DNA of 64,000 nucleotides from Octopus vulgaris (lineage: Eukaryota): contig OX597819.1 of NCBI GenBank assembly GCA_951406725.2, positions 135,284,001-135,348,000 of the forward strand, in the 5' to 3' direction. Position numbers and translations under genes: made by a program. Positions 50,085 to 62,570 of this stretch are shown in pieces. Numbering within the stretch: position 1 is the stretch's first letter; the number at the start of each line of letters is the position of its first letter. The notes under the pieces were generated by a model that searched no databases, was not told the DNA's origin, and saw only the letters and a list, made by a program, of their open reading frames with translations.

Positions 50085-53029
50085 ACATCAGAGGACTACT
50101 AACACACAGTAACAGGACAAAAGTCCCGTTCTTGAGAGACTTTGTTGCATGCAATCAAGCCTTATGCATAGCACTTACGGAAACACACCTGAAACCGGAC
50201 ATAGCGGATGCGGAAGTACACATACCACAGTATGTTGTACTACGGACCGACAGAAAAGAAAGGAGTCATGGAGGAGTTGCTATGTACATCCGTGAGGACC
50301 TCACACCCCAGGTCCTTTTGTCATACTCAAACTCGGTGTGTGACACACTAATTGTACATGTAAGGCAACTTGGTGTAGTTGTGTGTGCTACATATCGCCC
50401 TCCAGATGCCCCAAGCCATATGGGCAAGTTTGAAGACTGCCTTATAAAAATAGAAGTTCTAGTCACACTAGAACAGCACATAAGTGTACTTCTTATGGGA
50501 GACTTCAACCTGCCCAATGTCAGATGGCCCGAGGGCCTTTCTCTCCCAGGAATGACACGATGTGAACGGGGACAGGCGAGGTCCCTCCTGAACCTCATCA
50601 ACACCCTGTACATGGAGCAAGTAATACTCCAACCAACCAGGGCAGGTAACACACTGGATCTCTGCTTCACAAACAATATGGATCTCATCCATAATGTGAA
50701 AGTGACGCCGACACTACTCTCGGATCACAACATGGTAGAGCTGACCATGTACGGGCCAAAGGAAACAATGGACATGCAGCCTACAAGAAACTCTCAGAAT
50801 CTTTCCAGCTTGAACTTCAATAAGGCAAACTGGAAACAAATTGAGAAAGAGATCCTCAAACAAAACTGGCCTGAATGTCTCTCCTCGCCGGACATCGACG
50901 TGAAACTTCAACAATTCATGTCTGTAATGCAAGCCATATGCTACAAATGTGTCCCAGAGAGAAAGGCCACTATACACAAGAACAAAATCCCCAGAGAGAG
51001 GAAAATTCTAATGAGACGGCGTACAAAAATCTCAAATCGCCTAAACAAACAAATTGAAAGCAGTGAAAAGTCCCGCCTGAAAATGAAACTGTTGGAAATT
51101 GAAAAATGTCTGCAACTCTCCCATGAAAAGGAAAGAGCAGACAAAGAAGCCTGGGCTATAGACAACATAAAATCTAACCCCAGAGCTTTCTACAGGTATG
51201 CCAAAGAAACAGCTACGGTGCACTGTAGGATAGGGCCACTCCTTGAAAGGGATGGCACAATCACAGGAAATCCAATGAGGGTAAGTGAAATACTAAATGA
51301 GCAATTAAAAAGTGTTTTCACTCCACCCCTTGGGCATTTCCAAATCAGCAATCCAACTGACTTCTTCACCACTGCTTATATGGGGTCAGAGGCGGCGATG
51401 ATTGATTACATCAATATAAAGGAAGACGATGTAATAAAGGCTATAGATGAGATGGAAACAAACTCAGCTACTGGCCCCGATGGATTCCCAGCAATCCTTC
51501 TAAAAGTATGTAAGAGGGTCCTAGCAAGGCCACTGCGGTCTCTCTTTCAGAGCTTCCTTGCAACAGGCAAACTTCCAAGAAAACTGAAGGAAGGTAAAAT
51601 ATGCCCTATTCATAAAGGAGGTAGCAGAGCGGAGGCCAAGAACTACAGACCTATCTCCCTAACCTCACACATCAGCAAGGTCATGGAACGAATAGTCAGA
51701 AGGAAACTAATCACCTTCCTTGAAGAAAATGACTTGCTGCCTGACACCCAACATGGTTTCCGACCAGGAAGAAGCTGCTTAACTCAGCTCCTACAACACT
51801 ATAACTGGGTGCTGAAACAACTGCTCAACCACTCAAATGTGGAAGTCATATATCTCGACTTTGCAAAGGCCTTTGATAAAGTCGATCATGGAATGATATG
51901 TCACAAACTGCGTGATCTTGGCATAGTTGGAAAATTGGGAGAATGGCTTCATGACTTTCTGAAGAATAGAAGTCAGGTGGTAACAGCCAATGGGGCCACT
52001 TCCATTAACACGCAAATAGTGAGCGGTGTTCCGCAGGGCAGTGTTTTGGGACCACTACTGTTCATAATGGCCCTCTCAGACATGCCTTCAGACACGCAGA
52101 GAGCCACGATCACAAGTTATGCAGATGATACAAAAGTCTCACAGGCAATACAGAACCCTGAAGACACTAAGCACCTGCAATGTGAGCTGGACGAAATATA
52201 CAAGTGGGCTGAAAAGAATAGCATGCAGTTCAATGCTGAAAAGTTTCAAGCTTTATACTATCAGCATGCAAAACTGAATACAATACTCAATGAATACACT
52301 GGACCCGGAGGGATTGCAATCCCAGAGGCACAATCAGTGCGTGACTTGGTTATTCACATGAGTGATGACGCGACCTTTCATGTACATGTTGCTAAACTGG
52401 CAATGAAATGTAGACGGCTGGCTGGCTGGATTCTTAGAACCTTTAGAACAAGAGAACAAGAAACCATGATGGTCCTCTGGAAGACATTTGTCCTAAGCCA
52501 CTTTGACTATTGCTCTCAGCTATGGTCACCATCCAGTGTCAAGATGATCACAGAACTTGAGGCGATCCAACGAAGCTACACGAAGAAGATAGCCTCTGTG
52601 CAGCATATGAGCTACTGGGAAAGACTCAAGAGATTAAAGCTCTATTCCCTGGAGCGTAGGCGAGAAAGATATGCCATAATATATATCTGGAAGATCCTGG
52701 AAAGACTTGTCCCAAACTTTGGCATCGAGAGTCACACAAATGCCAGAACCGGGCGCCACTGCGTAGTACCAAGGACTCCAAATTTGCCATCAAGATGTAG
52801 GACAAGATATTGTGATAGCCTGGGCTTCAGAGGCCCACAGCTCTTCAATATCCTCCCAAAGAACCTGAGGGACCTGCATGGTGTAGATGCGGATATCTTT
52901 AAAGTAGGACTGGACCTCTTCCTGTCAGGTGTCCCGGATGAACCAACTTCACGGCAGGAGGTGCAGATGAGGGCAGCTGCATCGAACTCTCTCATGCATC
53001 AGATGGCGTTTGCTAAAAAGCATCCGTGA
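49928..53029 (+). CDS. LINE ORF2: APE endonuclease + reverse transcriptase (likely ATG at 50072)
   Basis: NIRGL, LTETHL, GDFN, LDL and SDHN; YLDFAKAFD, GVPQG and YADD. Confidence 0.95.
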   Translation: MHGTKECTAANLAPSNSSSQMGLPTVHKTTTANRPKVDTTGNSIHFTSMLLLNIRGLLTHSNRTKVPFLRDFVACNQALCIALTETHLKPDIADAEVHIPQYVVLRTDRKERSHGGVAMYIREDLTPQVLLSYSNSVCDTLIVHVRQLGVVVCATYRPPDAPSHMGKFEDCLIKIEVLVTLEQHISVLLMGDFNLPNVRWPEGLSLPGMTRCERGQARSLLNLINTLYMEQVILQPTRAGNTLDLCFTNNMDLIHNVKVTPTLLSDHNMVELTMYGPKETMDMQPTRNSQNLSSLNFNKANWKQIEKEILKQNWPECLSSPDIDVKLQQFMSVMQAICYKCVPERKATIHKNKIPRERKILMRRRTKISNRLNKQIESSEKSRLKMKLLEIEKCLQLSHEKERADKEAWAIDNIKSNPRAFYRYAKETATVHCRIGPLLERDGTITGNPMRVSEILNEQLKSVFTPPLGHFQISNPTDFFTTAYMGSEAAMIDYINIKEDDVIKAIDEMETNSATGPDGFPAILLKVCKRVLARPLRSLFQSFLATGKLPRKLKEGKICPIHKGGSRAEAKNYRPISLTSHISKVMERIVRRKLITFLEENDLLPDTQHGFRPGRSCLTQLLQHYNWVLKQLLNHSNVEVIYLDFAKAFDKVDHGMICHKLRDLGIVGKLGEWLHDFLKNRSQVVTANGATSINTQIVSGVPQGSVLGPLLFIMALSDMPSDTQRATITSYADDTKVSQAIQNPEDTKHLQCELDEIYKWAEKNSMQFNAEKFQALYYQHAKLNTILNEYTGPGGIAIPEAQSVRDLVIHMSDDATFHVHVAKLAMKCRRLAGWILRTFRTREQETMMVLWKTFVLSHFDYCSQLWSPSSVKMITELEAIQRSYTKKIASVQHMSYWERLKRLKLYSLERRRERYAIIYIWKILERLVPNFGIESHTNARTGRHCVVPRTPNLPSRCRTRYCDSLGFRGPQLFNILPKNLRDLHGVDADIFKVGLDLFLSGVPDEPTSRQEVQMRAAASNSLMHQMAFAKKHP

Positions 53030-53202
53030 GGTAAAATCGTGTAGCAAACCAAATGGCGGTGCCCCAGCATGGCCACAGCTCATTAGCTGAAACTGGAAAA
53101 ATCAAAATCAAAATCATATATATATACATATATATATATACATATATACATATATATATATATACACATACATACATATATATACGTATATATTTGTATA
53201 TT

Positions 53203-53252
<50 letters not shown>

Positions 53253-53444
53253 AATATACGTATATATATATACATGTATATGCATATATGCACACACATA
53301 TATATATATATATATATTCACATAGATAGAAAGACAGAGAGAGAGACAGACAGGCAGACGGACAGACAGACAGATAGTTAGATTTATATATATATATATA
53401 GAGATAGATAGATAGAAATAGATACACCCACATCCATATATACA

Positions 53445-53793
53445 TGGTTGTAGTGTAAGAAGCTTTTTCCCCAGCCATACACTCCGCATGGAAACTCAGG
53501 CAAGTATATTCTACACTTACCTAGGGCTGAACAAAATCTGATAAGTGGATTTGGTAAATGAAAACTGAAAGAAGCTTCATAAGAAGTGTGTGTCTATGTG
53601 TGTGCCTATGTATGTGTGTGTGAGTGAATGTTTGTGTATGTGTGTGTGTGTGTGTGTGTTTAGTGGTTCAGTAAAGAGGCTGAGAGGATAAGTGATATGC
53701 TTAAAATAAAAAAGTACTGAGATCGATACAGTTGACTAAAAGTTGAAGGTGATGCCCCAGCATGGCCGCAGTCAAATGCCTAAAACAATTAAA

Positions 53794-53797
<4 letters not shown>
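53445..53797 (+). mobile_element. Decayed SINE(s) ending in a LINE-A-like tail
   Basis: gccccagcatggccgcagtcaaatgcctaaaac 3' end. Confidence 0.55.
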
Positions 53798-53853
<56 letters not shown>

Positions 53854-54124
53854 GATGTCTGTTATATTTTGTTCTATCTCATAATGACCTTGTTTCATTT
53901 GACCATTAAAGGTATTATTATCAGTGGTGGTGGTCAGTTGGATTGTCCACACAACTAATATCAACATCAACATGATCAATATAAAATTCCTCCACAAACA
54001 CAAGGGTTTTGTAGTACATGTGATTAAAGCTATCCCCATTATTTCACTGGTACATTGGTAACATTTATATTATACAGATCATATAATACTGGAGAGTGTA
54101 TATAATATGTATTTATTAACTAAC

Positions 54125-54161
54125 CTGGTTCAGCAATAGACACACCACTTGGTACTCTCGC
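54125..54161 (-). CDS. Host gene 37-nt ankyrin micro-exon
   Basis: tttcag|G...CAG|gttagt; GREYQVVCLLLNQ; restores frame and ankyrin register. Confidence 0.8.
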
Positions 54162-54819
54162 CTGAAAGTAATGGATGAGGAAAGAAAAGCATGAAAAAAA
54201 CAAACATCACACAGCTTGAGATAATAATTATTAGGTCATTAAAGAAAACAAATGTAATTAGGTCACAATAAGTTAATTACAGCAACTATTACACACATAC
54301 TCACACATATATATTTATTCAATACACACTCTACACAGTAGAACAATGATATATACACACCTGAGTAAACCCAGAAATGTAAAGACAGGAAAAATACTGC
54401 TAAGAATTCTCACAACTTATATAAACATGAAATTTAGGAAGGAAAGAAGGGCTACAGGTAATCATATGAACCCCAGTACATGACTGGTATTGTATTTTAT
54501 CAACCTTGCAAAGATGGAAGAAGTTAACCTTGGCAGGATTTGAACTCTGAACATAAAGAGTCGTAAATAAAATAACACAATTTATTTCTCTAAAAGTAAT
54601 AAGAAACAAGAACTGGAGAAAAGAAGGAAGACAGTTTATTAAAGGAACCCCAGGGTATTACTGGTACAGATTATATTGGCCCCAGAGTTATAGTAGATAT
54701 TCTGGTAGGATTTGAGCATGGAACATAAAAGAGACAAATGTAAATACTGTAAGGGGGTGATTCTGTATTTAGCCCAGGATCGGAGTAAATAGGGAAACTA
54801 CAAAGGAGAGAGAGTGAGG

Positions 54820-54860
<41 letters not shown>

Positions 54861-55137
54861 TAGTTCTAGATAGGATGAAAGGAAGAAGAGAGAGGATTTG
54901 AACCTGTGACGTTGAGGAAATGGAGAACGAGATGAAGTAAAGTGTCCAGTCAGGCAACAACAATAACAATTATGGTGATGATTAATTAATAAAGTAGATT
55001 ACAGTGCGAAAGAGACAAGAAAGACAATGACCCCATGGTGGGATTATGACATGAATGACTCAATGAAAAAACAAACAAACATTATTGAACACATAAAAGA
55101 AATAGATTTGGATATTTCAAATCCAATGGGGACTTAC

Positions 55138-55292
55138 CCCCGAACTGCCCAATGCAGTGGTGTGTCTCCATTGTTGTCCACCACATTGACATCGATGCCA
55201 TTGTGACCCAACAACATTTCGACAGTGTGCAAGTGTCCCCGCGAAAGGGCCCAGTGCAGCGGTGTTTCACCATTATTAGACCGTTCATTGAC
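55138..55292 (-). CDS. Host gene ankyrin exon
   Basis: tttcag|GTC...GG|gtaagt; [44 protein letters not shown]. Confidence 0.9.
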
Positions 55293-55629
55293 CTGAAAAA
55301 GAAAAGAATAAAAACATTAAAAATGGTGTCTGAAAGGGAAGTCGGGTGGTGAAGAATTAAAAGAAAAACTCACAGAAAAAGAGAAGAGAAGGAATGAAAT
55401 TAATTAAACAGGTGGAATGATTGGGGTGGGGAGTAGTTAATGGAGATTTCTATTGTATTTATACACACGTGTATACACACATACATATGTACATATAAAT
55501 ATATTTATACACACACACACAAACACATGCATATAGGATGAATAACTCAATAAATAAACACACAGAGCAGCAAAATGTGTGTGTGTGTATATGTGTGTGC
55601 TCATAATTACATTTATTCTTTTATTCTTT

Positions 55630-55841
55630 CATTTGTTTCAGTCATGTGACTGTGGCCATGCTGGAGCATTGTCATTAGTCGAGCAAATCGACCCCAGTAA
55701 GCCTAGTACTTATTTTATTAGTTTCGTTTGCAGAAACGCTACTTTACGGGAACGTAAACACACCAGCATCGGTTGTCAAGCGATGTTGGGGGACAAACAC
55801 AGACACACAAATACACGCACGTACACACAGACACACACACG

Positions 55842-55928
<87 letters not shown>

Positions 55929-56147
55929 TTGTGTGTGTGTGTATGTAAATAGATCGTTTTTACTCTCTACTTGTTTCCATCATTTGACTGTGGCCATGCT
56001 GGAGCACCACATTTAGTCGAGGAAATTGCCACCAGGACTTATAATTTGTAAACCTAGTTCTTATTCTATCGATCTCTTTGCCGAACCGCTAAGTTATGGG
56101 GGCGTAAACACACCAGCATCGGTTGTCAAGCGATGGTGGGGGACAAA
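55630..56147 (-). mobile_element. Two SINE 3' halves (55630-55800, 55968-56147)
   Basis: Shared tail tgctccagcatggccacagtc..tgactgaaac and core acaccagcatcggttgtcaagcgatg. Confidence 0.7.
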
Positions 56148-56157
56148 CACACACACT

Positions 56158-56191
<34 letters not shown>

Positions 56192-56335
56192 ATGATGATG
56201 ATGATGATGATGATGATTACGATGACTGATGATGACGATGATAATGATTATGATTATAGCGGTGATGAATGATGTTAATATTCATTGTGATGATGTTGGA
56301 GATGTTGAAGATGATAATAATGATTATGATGATGT

Positions 56336-56381
<46 letters not shown>

Positions 56382-56382
56382 T

Positions 56383-56544
56383 AGGACGGGCTTCTTCCAG
56401 TTTACGTCCACCAAATTCACTCACAAGGCTTAGGTCGGCCCGAGGCTATAGTACAAGACACCTGCCCAAGGTGCCACTAAGAGGGACTGAACCCGGAACC
56501 ATGTTATTTGTAAGCAAGCGACTTACCACACAGCCATCCCCGTG

Positions 56545-56584
<40 letters not shown>

Positions 56585-56743
56585 ACGCGCTTCTTCCAGT
56601 TTCCGTCTACCAAATCCACTCACAAGGCTTAGGTTGGCCCGAGGCTATAGTACAAGACACTTGCCCAAGGTGCCACTAAGAGGGACTGAACCCGGAACCA
56701 TGTTGTTTGTAAGCAAGCTACTTACCATACAGCCATTCCTCTG

Positions 56744-56745
<2 letters not shown>
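56383..56745 (-). mobile_element. Tandem pair of tRNA-derived SINE heads
   Basis: 56383-56545 and 56582-56745 are nearly identical. Confidence 0.75.
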
Positions 56746-56779
<34 letters not shown>

Positions 56780-56899
56780 AGTATGTTCCTCATGAAGCTT
56801 TTTAATATAAACATTTCTTAATGAAATTTTCTGAAAATCCATCCCTTTCAATGTCTTAATCAACAATTATCTCTGGAGTTGCGATTGGTTTGAAACTAT

Positions 56900-58385
56900 T
56901 ATTTCTTACTTTTATTTCTAATTTTTACCCTTACCCTCATTCTTACCCCTAACTTATCGCTTTACATCTCTATATATGTTTATTTACTTACCTATGGATC
57001 CACTTTTTGATTATACGAGCGTCCGTGTACGTATGTATACGCATACATACATATACACACACATATATGTACATATGTATGAGTAAACATCTACGTCTGG
57101 ATGTACATACCCCGTATTTCCTTTTTTTACATGTTTTCTTATTTTCATATGTTTACACCTATTTGTATGCATCTTTTAATATCTTATAGCTATACCCATA
57201 TGCGCGTATGTCTCTGTGTGTGTATGTAAGGGTATATGTGCACGTACATACGGACACACAGCCGTGTGTGCGTGCACGTATAGACATGAGTGCATGATTC
57301 TTTACATACGTTCTTATATACATCCTTTAATATCTTATATCTAAACCTGGAAGCGTGGGCATATGCGTGTGTGTATGTAGGGATGGGCGCACGTATGTAC
57401 ATATGGGTGTGTACACGTATAGTGTCCGTGTATACATGCGGATATTCTGTTGTATGTATGTATGTGTACGCGCGTGCGTGTGGGTGTGTGTGTGTTTATG
57501 TACATGTTTACACGCGAGTGCGTGTGTATGCTTATAAGCTTGGAGGCGTATATGTACGCGTGTATATGGGTGTATGTATCCATGATGGTATGTATGTACT
57601 AGAAGACCAATTAATTCAAAGAACCAGATTAAACGCTCAACAGCTCTGATTTACAACACATTAGGTCCCCAGACGAAACTGTTGATTTATTAACACTTCT
57701 ACAACTAAATTTTATCAATCTCCTGACCACCATGTTTGGTCCGTAACCTCTATACATCCCTTATCTTTATATTTTTTTACATTTTTATCATGTTTTTTTA
57801 CTTTTATTTCTATTTCTATTTTTACTTTATAACCTTATGCCTTTACATTTCTTTATATTTCTTTATATTTCTTTATATTCTTTATACCCCCTTTACCTCT
57901 CCTTATATCTCTTTATATCTTTATGCTCTACATTTTTATATTTTTCTATACTTACACTTTTTATACATTTCTAATCCCTCGTCCTGAATTCTCGCCCCTC
58001 CATCTTCACGTCTATATATGTATTTATTTATTTACATTACTTCAATATCCAATTTTCCTCATTCTACACTGAGAGAAGAAAGAGATGGACGCTTCAATTC
58101 TATGCTGCTGCCGCATTATGTCGTACGCGAATGAGAGGATTTGCATCCCCAACCAAGAATCTTTGATGTAACACATGTCCTTGTGGAAGCTGTTGTGCGC
58201 GGCTGAAGAAGGCCACAGACATACATTATGCATTGTTATAAATCTGTCTAATAAAGGCCCGAAACATATGTACCGCTGAATCCTTCGCATCATGTTTTTA
58301 TTTTGATCAATTTACTCCACCACCTACACCACCAAACGGTATACACAGGTGCTTATAATTATCAAGTACTCACCCTGAATTTTTC
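56900..58385 (+). mobile_element. Penelope-like 3' non-coding region, second copy
   Basis: Reverse complement of about 15780-17130. Confidence 0.8.
58199..58276 (+). ncRNA. Type I hammerhead ribozyme with long stem II
   Basis: gcgg-CTGAAGA-aggcc...ggccc-GAAA-catatg-TA-ccgc. Confidence 0.75.
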
Positions 58386-58388
58386 TAT

Positions 58389-58468
<80 letters not shown>

Positions 58469-58815
58469 CTAATATAGGATGAAGTTTTTTTTACAGAAAA
58501 AATATTCCATCAAAAAATGTGGCAGCATATTAAAATAACTTTACAGTTAAATTATAAACATCTTATAAATAAGGGCTAAAGAAAATTATTTCAATGCCAA
58601 TTTGCTGATAACATACTTTTAAATCGACAATTTCCGCATATTATTTACTCGCTACAGAAAAAAAACACTAAGAACTGAAATCGGGGAAAGCCGGACGATA
58701 GAATGTTTTTTAAAAAGTTCGTTATTTCTATATTGAATCAATTTCGGAATTAATCTCATAATAGATTCTTTCCTCTTCAGTAGAACATACGAAAGGATAT
58801 GAATAAGATACTTAC

Positions 58816-58861
58816 CTCACTGCCCCGAGATAGTAAGATCTCCACAGCTTGAAGGTGATTC
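58816..58861 (-). CDS. Host gene 46-nt ankyrin micro-exon
   Basis: ctcag|G...GAG|gtaagt; GNHLQAVEILLSRGSE. Confidence 0.85.
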
Positions 58862-58929
58862 CTGAGAGTACAAAATAGAAACATTGACTAATTTACATTA
58901 AATATGAAAATATTTTGGTTTTGAGACGA

Positions 58930-58987
58930 AACATCATCGTCAGCATCATCACCATCATTATCACCTGCACTATTATCATCACTATCA

Positions 58988-59019
<32 letters not shown>

Positions 59020-59228
59020 GCCATCATCACTATCATCATCATCACCATCATCATCATCATAGCCTTCATCATCATCACCCTCTTTGCCAACACCATCATC
59101 ATCATTATCATCTTCAACATCTCCAACATCATCATAATCATTATTATCATCATTCATCACCGCTATAATCATAATCATTATCATCGTCATCATCAGTCAT
59201 CGTAATCATCATCATCATCATCATCATT

Positions 59229-59260
<32 letters not shown>

Positions 59261-59660
59261 CATCATCATCGCCTCTATCATCATCATCATAATCATCATC
59301 CACATCATCACTATCATCATCATCATCATTATCATCATCATCATTATTATCAACATCTTCATCATCATGGTCGTCATCATCATCATGGTCGTCATCATCA
59401 ACGTCGTCATCATGACCATCATCATCTTAATCATCACCATCATCGCCTCCATCCACATCATCACAATCATCATCATCATTATTGTCATCATCAACATCAT
59501 CATCTTCATCATCGTCATTATCATCAACATCATCATCATCCTTATTGTCATCATCACCATCATCATCTTCATCATCGTCGTTATCATCAACATCATCATC
59601 ATCGTCATCATCATCATAATCATCGTCATCATCATCATCGTCGTTATCGTCATCATCATA
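58930..59660. repeat. Degenerate (CAT)n simple repeat
   Basis: Direct reading. Confidence 0.95.
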
Positions 59661-59874
59661 TTCGGAATTGTTATGATTGAATAATGACTAATGAATTGGA
59701 TCGATGACTAAACAGAAGCTTGTTGTTGTTGTTGTTGTTGTTTGTTAGTCTGCTGTTGTGCTGCTGTCCCACTGCCACTACTATGGCATCTTTGGATATT
59801 GAACCTGTGTCTGCAATTGCAACAAATTTACAAACAAAAACACATCTGGAGATTTTACTTGATTCTCAACTTAC

Positions 59875-60032
59875 CCAAACACAGCCCAATGTAAAGCTGT
59901 CCAACTCTTGTAGTCTTTTACTCCCACCTCTCCTCCTGCTTCTATCAATATTTCGAGTATTCTTCTATCGGCGCCCTCTCCACAGGCCAACAATAAAGGA
60001 GGTCGTCCCAACCAATCAATAGGTTTATTAAT
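59875..60032 (-). CDS. Host gene ankyrin exon (most 5' exon detected)
   Basis: ttacag|ATT...GG|gtaagt; LGRPPLLLAC...ILEILIEAGGEVGVKDYKSWTALHWAVFG. Confidence 0.85.
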
Positions 60033-60074
60033 CTGTAATGAAGAAAGTGAGGACATGTGAAATAGAGAAATTCC

Positions 60075-62570
60075 ATTTTCTCTCTCTCTCTCTTTTCTCT
60101 CTTTGTCTCTCACTCTCTTTCTCTTTTTCTTTCCTCTTTCTCTCCTTCTTTCTCTCTCTATCTCCCTCTTTCATTTCTTTCCTTCTATTTCTTTTCTCAC
60201 TTTCTCTCTCTTTCCCCTTTTCTCTTCTCTCTTTCTTTCTCTTTCTCTCTCCATGACTCTTTTACTCTATCTCTCTCTTTCTTTTCTCTCTTTTCCCCTT
60301 TTCTTTTTCTCGTTTTCTTTCCTCTTTCTCTCCTTCTTTCTCTCTCTATCTCCCTCTTTCATTTCTTTCTTTCTCTTTCTTTTCTCATTTTCTCTCACTT
60401 TCCCTTTTTCGTTTCTCACTTTCTCTATCTTTCTTTCTCCTTCTCTGTCTTTCTTTCTCTTTCTCTCTCCGTGTCTCTTTTATTCTCTCTCCCTTTTTTC
60501 TCTCTTTTCCCATTTTCCTTTCCTCTCTTTCTCTCTCTCATTTCCTTCCTCTTTCTCTTTTTCTTTTTTCTCTTATCTTTCTCTTTCTCTTTTTTCAATT
60601 TCTCTCTTTCTCTCTCCGTCTCTCTCTTTCATTTCTTTCTCTTTCTATTCTTACATTCTTTCTCTTCCCTTTTTCGTCTCTCTCTTTCTTTCACCCTCTC
60701 TCTTTTTCCTCTTTTACCCTCTCTCTCATTCCTTTCTCTCTTTTTCCATTTTACTTTTCTCTCTTTCTCTCTTTTTCTTTCTCTTTCTCTCTTTTTCCAT
60801 TTCTCTTTCTTTATCTCTCTCTCTATTACTTTTCTCTCTTTCTTTCTCTCTCTGTCTCCTTCACTATTCCTTTTCTCTCTTTCCCCCAACCTTTTTCTTT
60901 TTCGTCTCTCTTTCTCTTTTACTTCTATTTCTTTCTCTCTCTTTCTTTCTGTGCTTCTCTTTGCCTTTTCTATCTTTCTTCCTCTTTCTCTTTTACTTGT
61001 CTCTCTTTCTTTGATGCCCTTTCTCTTTTCCTTCTCTCTCTCTCTCTCCCTTTCCTCTCTCTTTCTTCTTCTCTCACTCTCTCACATTTTCTTTTCTATC
61101 TTTCACTCTCTAAGTCTCTTACTCTTTGTTCACTTTTTCTCTCTCTTTCCTTCCGCTTTTTTCTCTCTCTCTTTTCTTTTATTACTTCCTCTCTCCCTCT
61201 CTTTTCTATCTTTCTTCCCCTCTCTCTATTTCACACTCTCTTTTCTCTCATATATTCCTCTCTTTCCCTCTCTGTCTGTTTTCTCGTTCTCCCTCTCCTA
61301 TTCTTATCTCTCACTTTCTTTTCACCCTTTTCCCTATTTCTTTCTCCCCCTTTCTTTTTCTCTTCTCTCCTTCTCCCTCGCTCTTTTACCTTTCTCTCCT
61401 GCTTTACTTTTCTCTCTTTCTAATTTCCTTTTCGCTTTTTTCTATTCTCTCTTCTTTATCTCTCTCTTTATCTTTTCCTTCTTTCTTTCTTTGTCTCTCC
61501 CTTACTCGCTTACTTTTTTCTCTTTCGTTCTATCTCTATCTTTCTTTCCTCTCTTTCTCTTTCTCTCTGTTATCTCCTTTCTCTGGAAATTTTTCTCTTC
61601 TCTCTTCCTCTCGCTCTCTCACTTTCCTTTTCTCTCTTCCTCCCTCTCCCTCTCTTTCTGTCTCTTTGTCAATTCCTTTTTCTCTTCTTTCCCTCTTTTC
61701 CTTTTCTCCCTTTAAGGGACTTTTTTCTTTTCTCTCCTCTCTTGCCTTCTCATTTTCTTTTCTCTCTTTCTCCCTCTTTATTTTCTCTCATTCTCTTTAT
61801 CCCTTTCGCGTCTCTTTTATCCCTCTCTTTCTCATTTCTCTCTCTTTCACTGTTTGTTTTTCCTTTTTCTTCCTCTCTCTCCCTTTTTCTCTCTTTATTT
61901 CTCTCAGTACCTTTTTCTTCTCTTATCATCCATCTTTCTCTTTTCTTCTCCCCCTTTCTCTTTTTCTATTCTCGCTCTCTCCCTCTCTGCTTCTTTTCTC
62001 TGTCTTTTCATTTTCTGGTTTTCCTTCTCCCTATCTCTCTTTTCTCTCTTTCGCTCGTTTTCTTTGTCTGTTGTTTCTTTCTTTCTCTATATCTTTTTCT
62101 CTTTCTGTCGCTCTTTTTTCTTCTTCTCACTCTTTTGTTTTCTCTCTTCCTTTCTCTATTTCTCGTTTTCTTTTTCTCGTTCTTTCTTTCTCTCACTCTC
62201 TTTCTTTTCTCTCTTTCTCTCTCCCTTTCTTCTTCTCTTTCTTCGTCTCGTTTCTTTTTCTCTCTCTCTTTCTTTTCTCGCTCTCTCGCTTTTTTCTCCT
62301 TCTTTCTCCCTCTCGTTTTCTTTTTATCCTTCTTCCTCTCTCTCACACTTTCATTTCTCTCTTTCTTTCTTTCGTTTTCTTTTCTCTCTTTCTCTCTCGT
62401 TTTCTTTTTCAATCTCATTCTCTTGATCTTTGCTCTCTTTCTTTCTCTCTCTCTTTCTCTGTTTCATTTCTCTTTTTGTCTTCTCTATAGTTCTCTCTCA
62501 ATTTTCCTTTTCTTTCTTCTATTTTTCTCTTCCTCTCTTCGTTTTCTCTTTCTTTTTCTTTCTCTCTTCT
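60075..62570. repeat. 2.5-kb CT-rich polypyrimidine low-complexity tract
   Basis: Direct reading. Confidence 0.95.

Larger units (their letters stand above)
49194..53115 (+). mobile_element. LINE family A with both ORFs open (5' boundary lies upstream, undefined), antisense in a host intron
   Basis: ORF1 + ORF2 + structured 3'UTR + (AAAATC)n tail into (TA)n. Confidence 0.93.

Noticed and set aside
58888-59684. Poly-Met/Asp/Ile ORFs
   Set aside because: Frames of an intronic (CAT)n repeat.
22888-60032. Assigning the symbol MIB2 to the host gene
   Set aside because: No MIB-HERC2 or ZZ domain seen in the window, only one RING, and an added death domain; orthology is unsupported.
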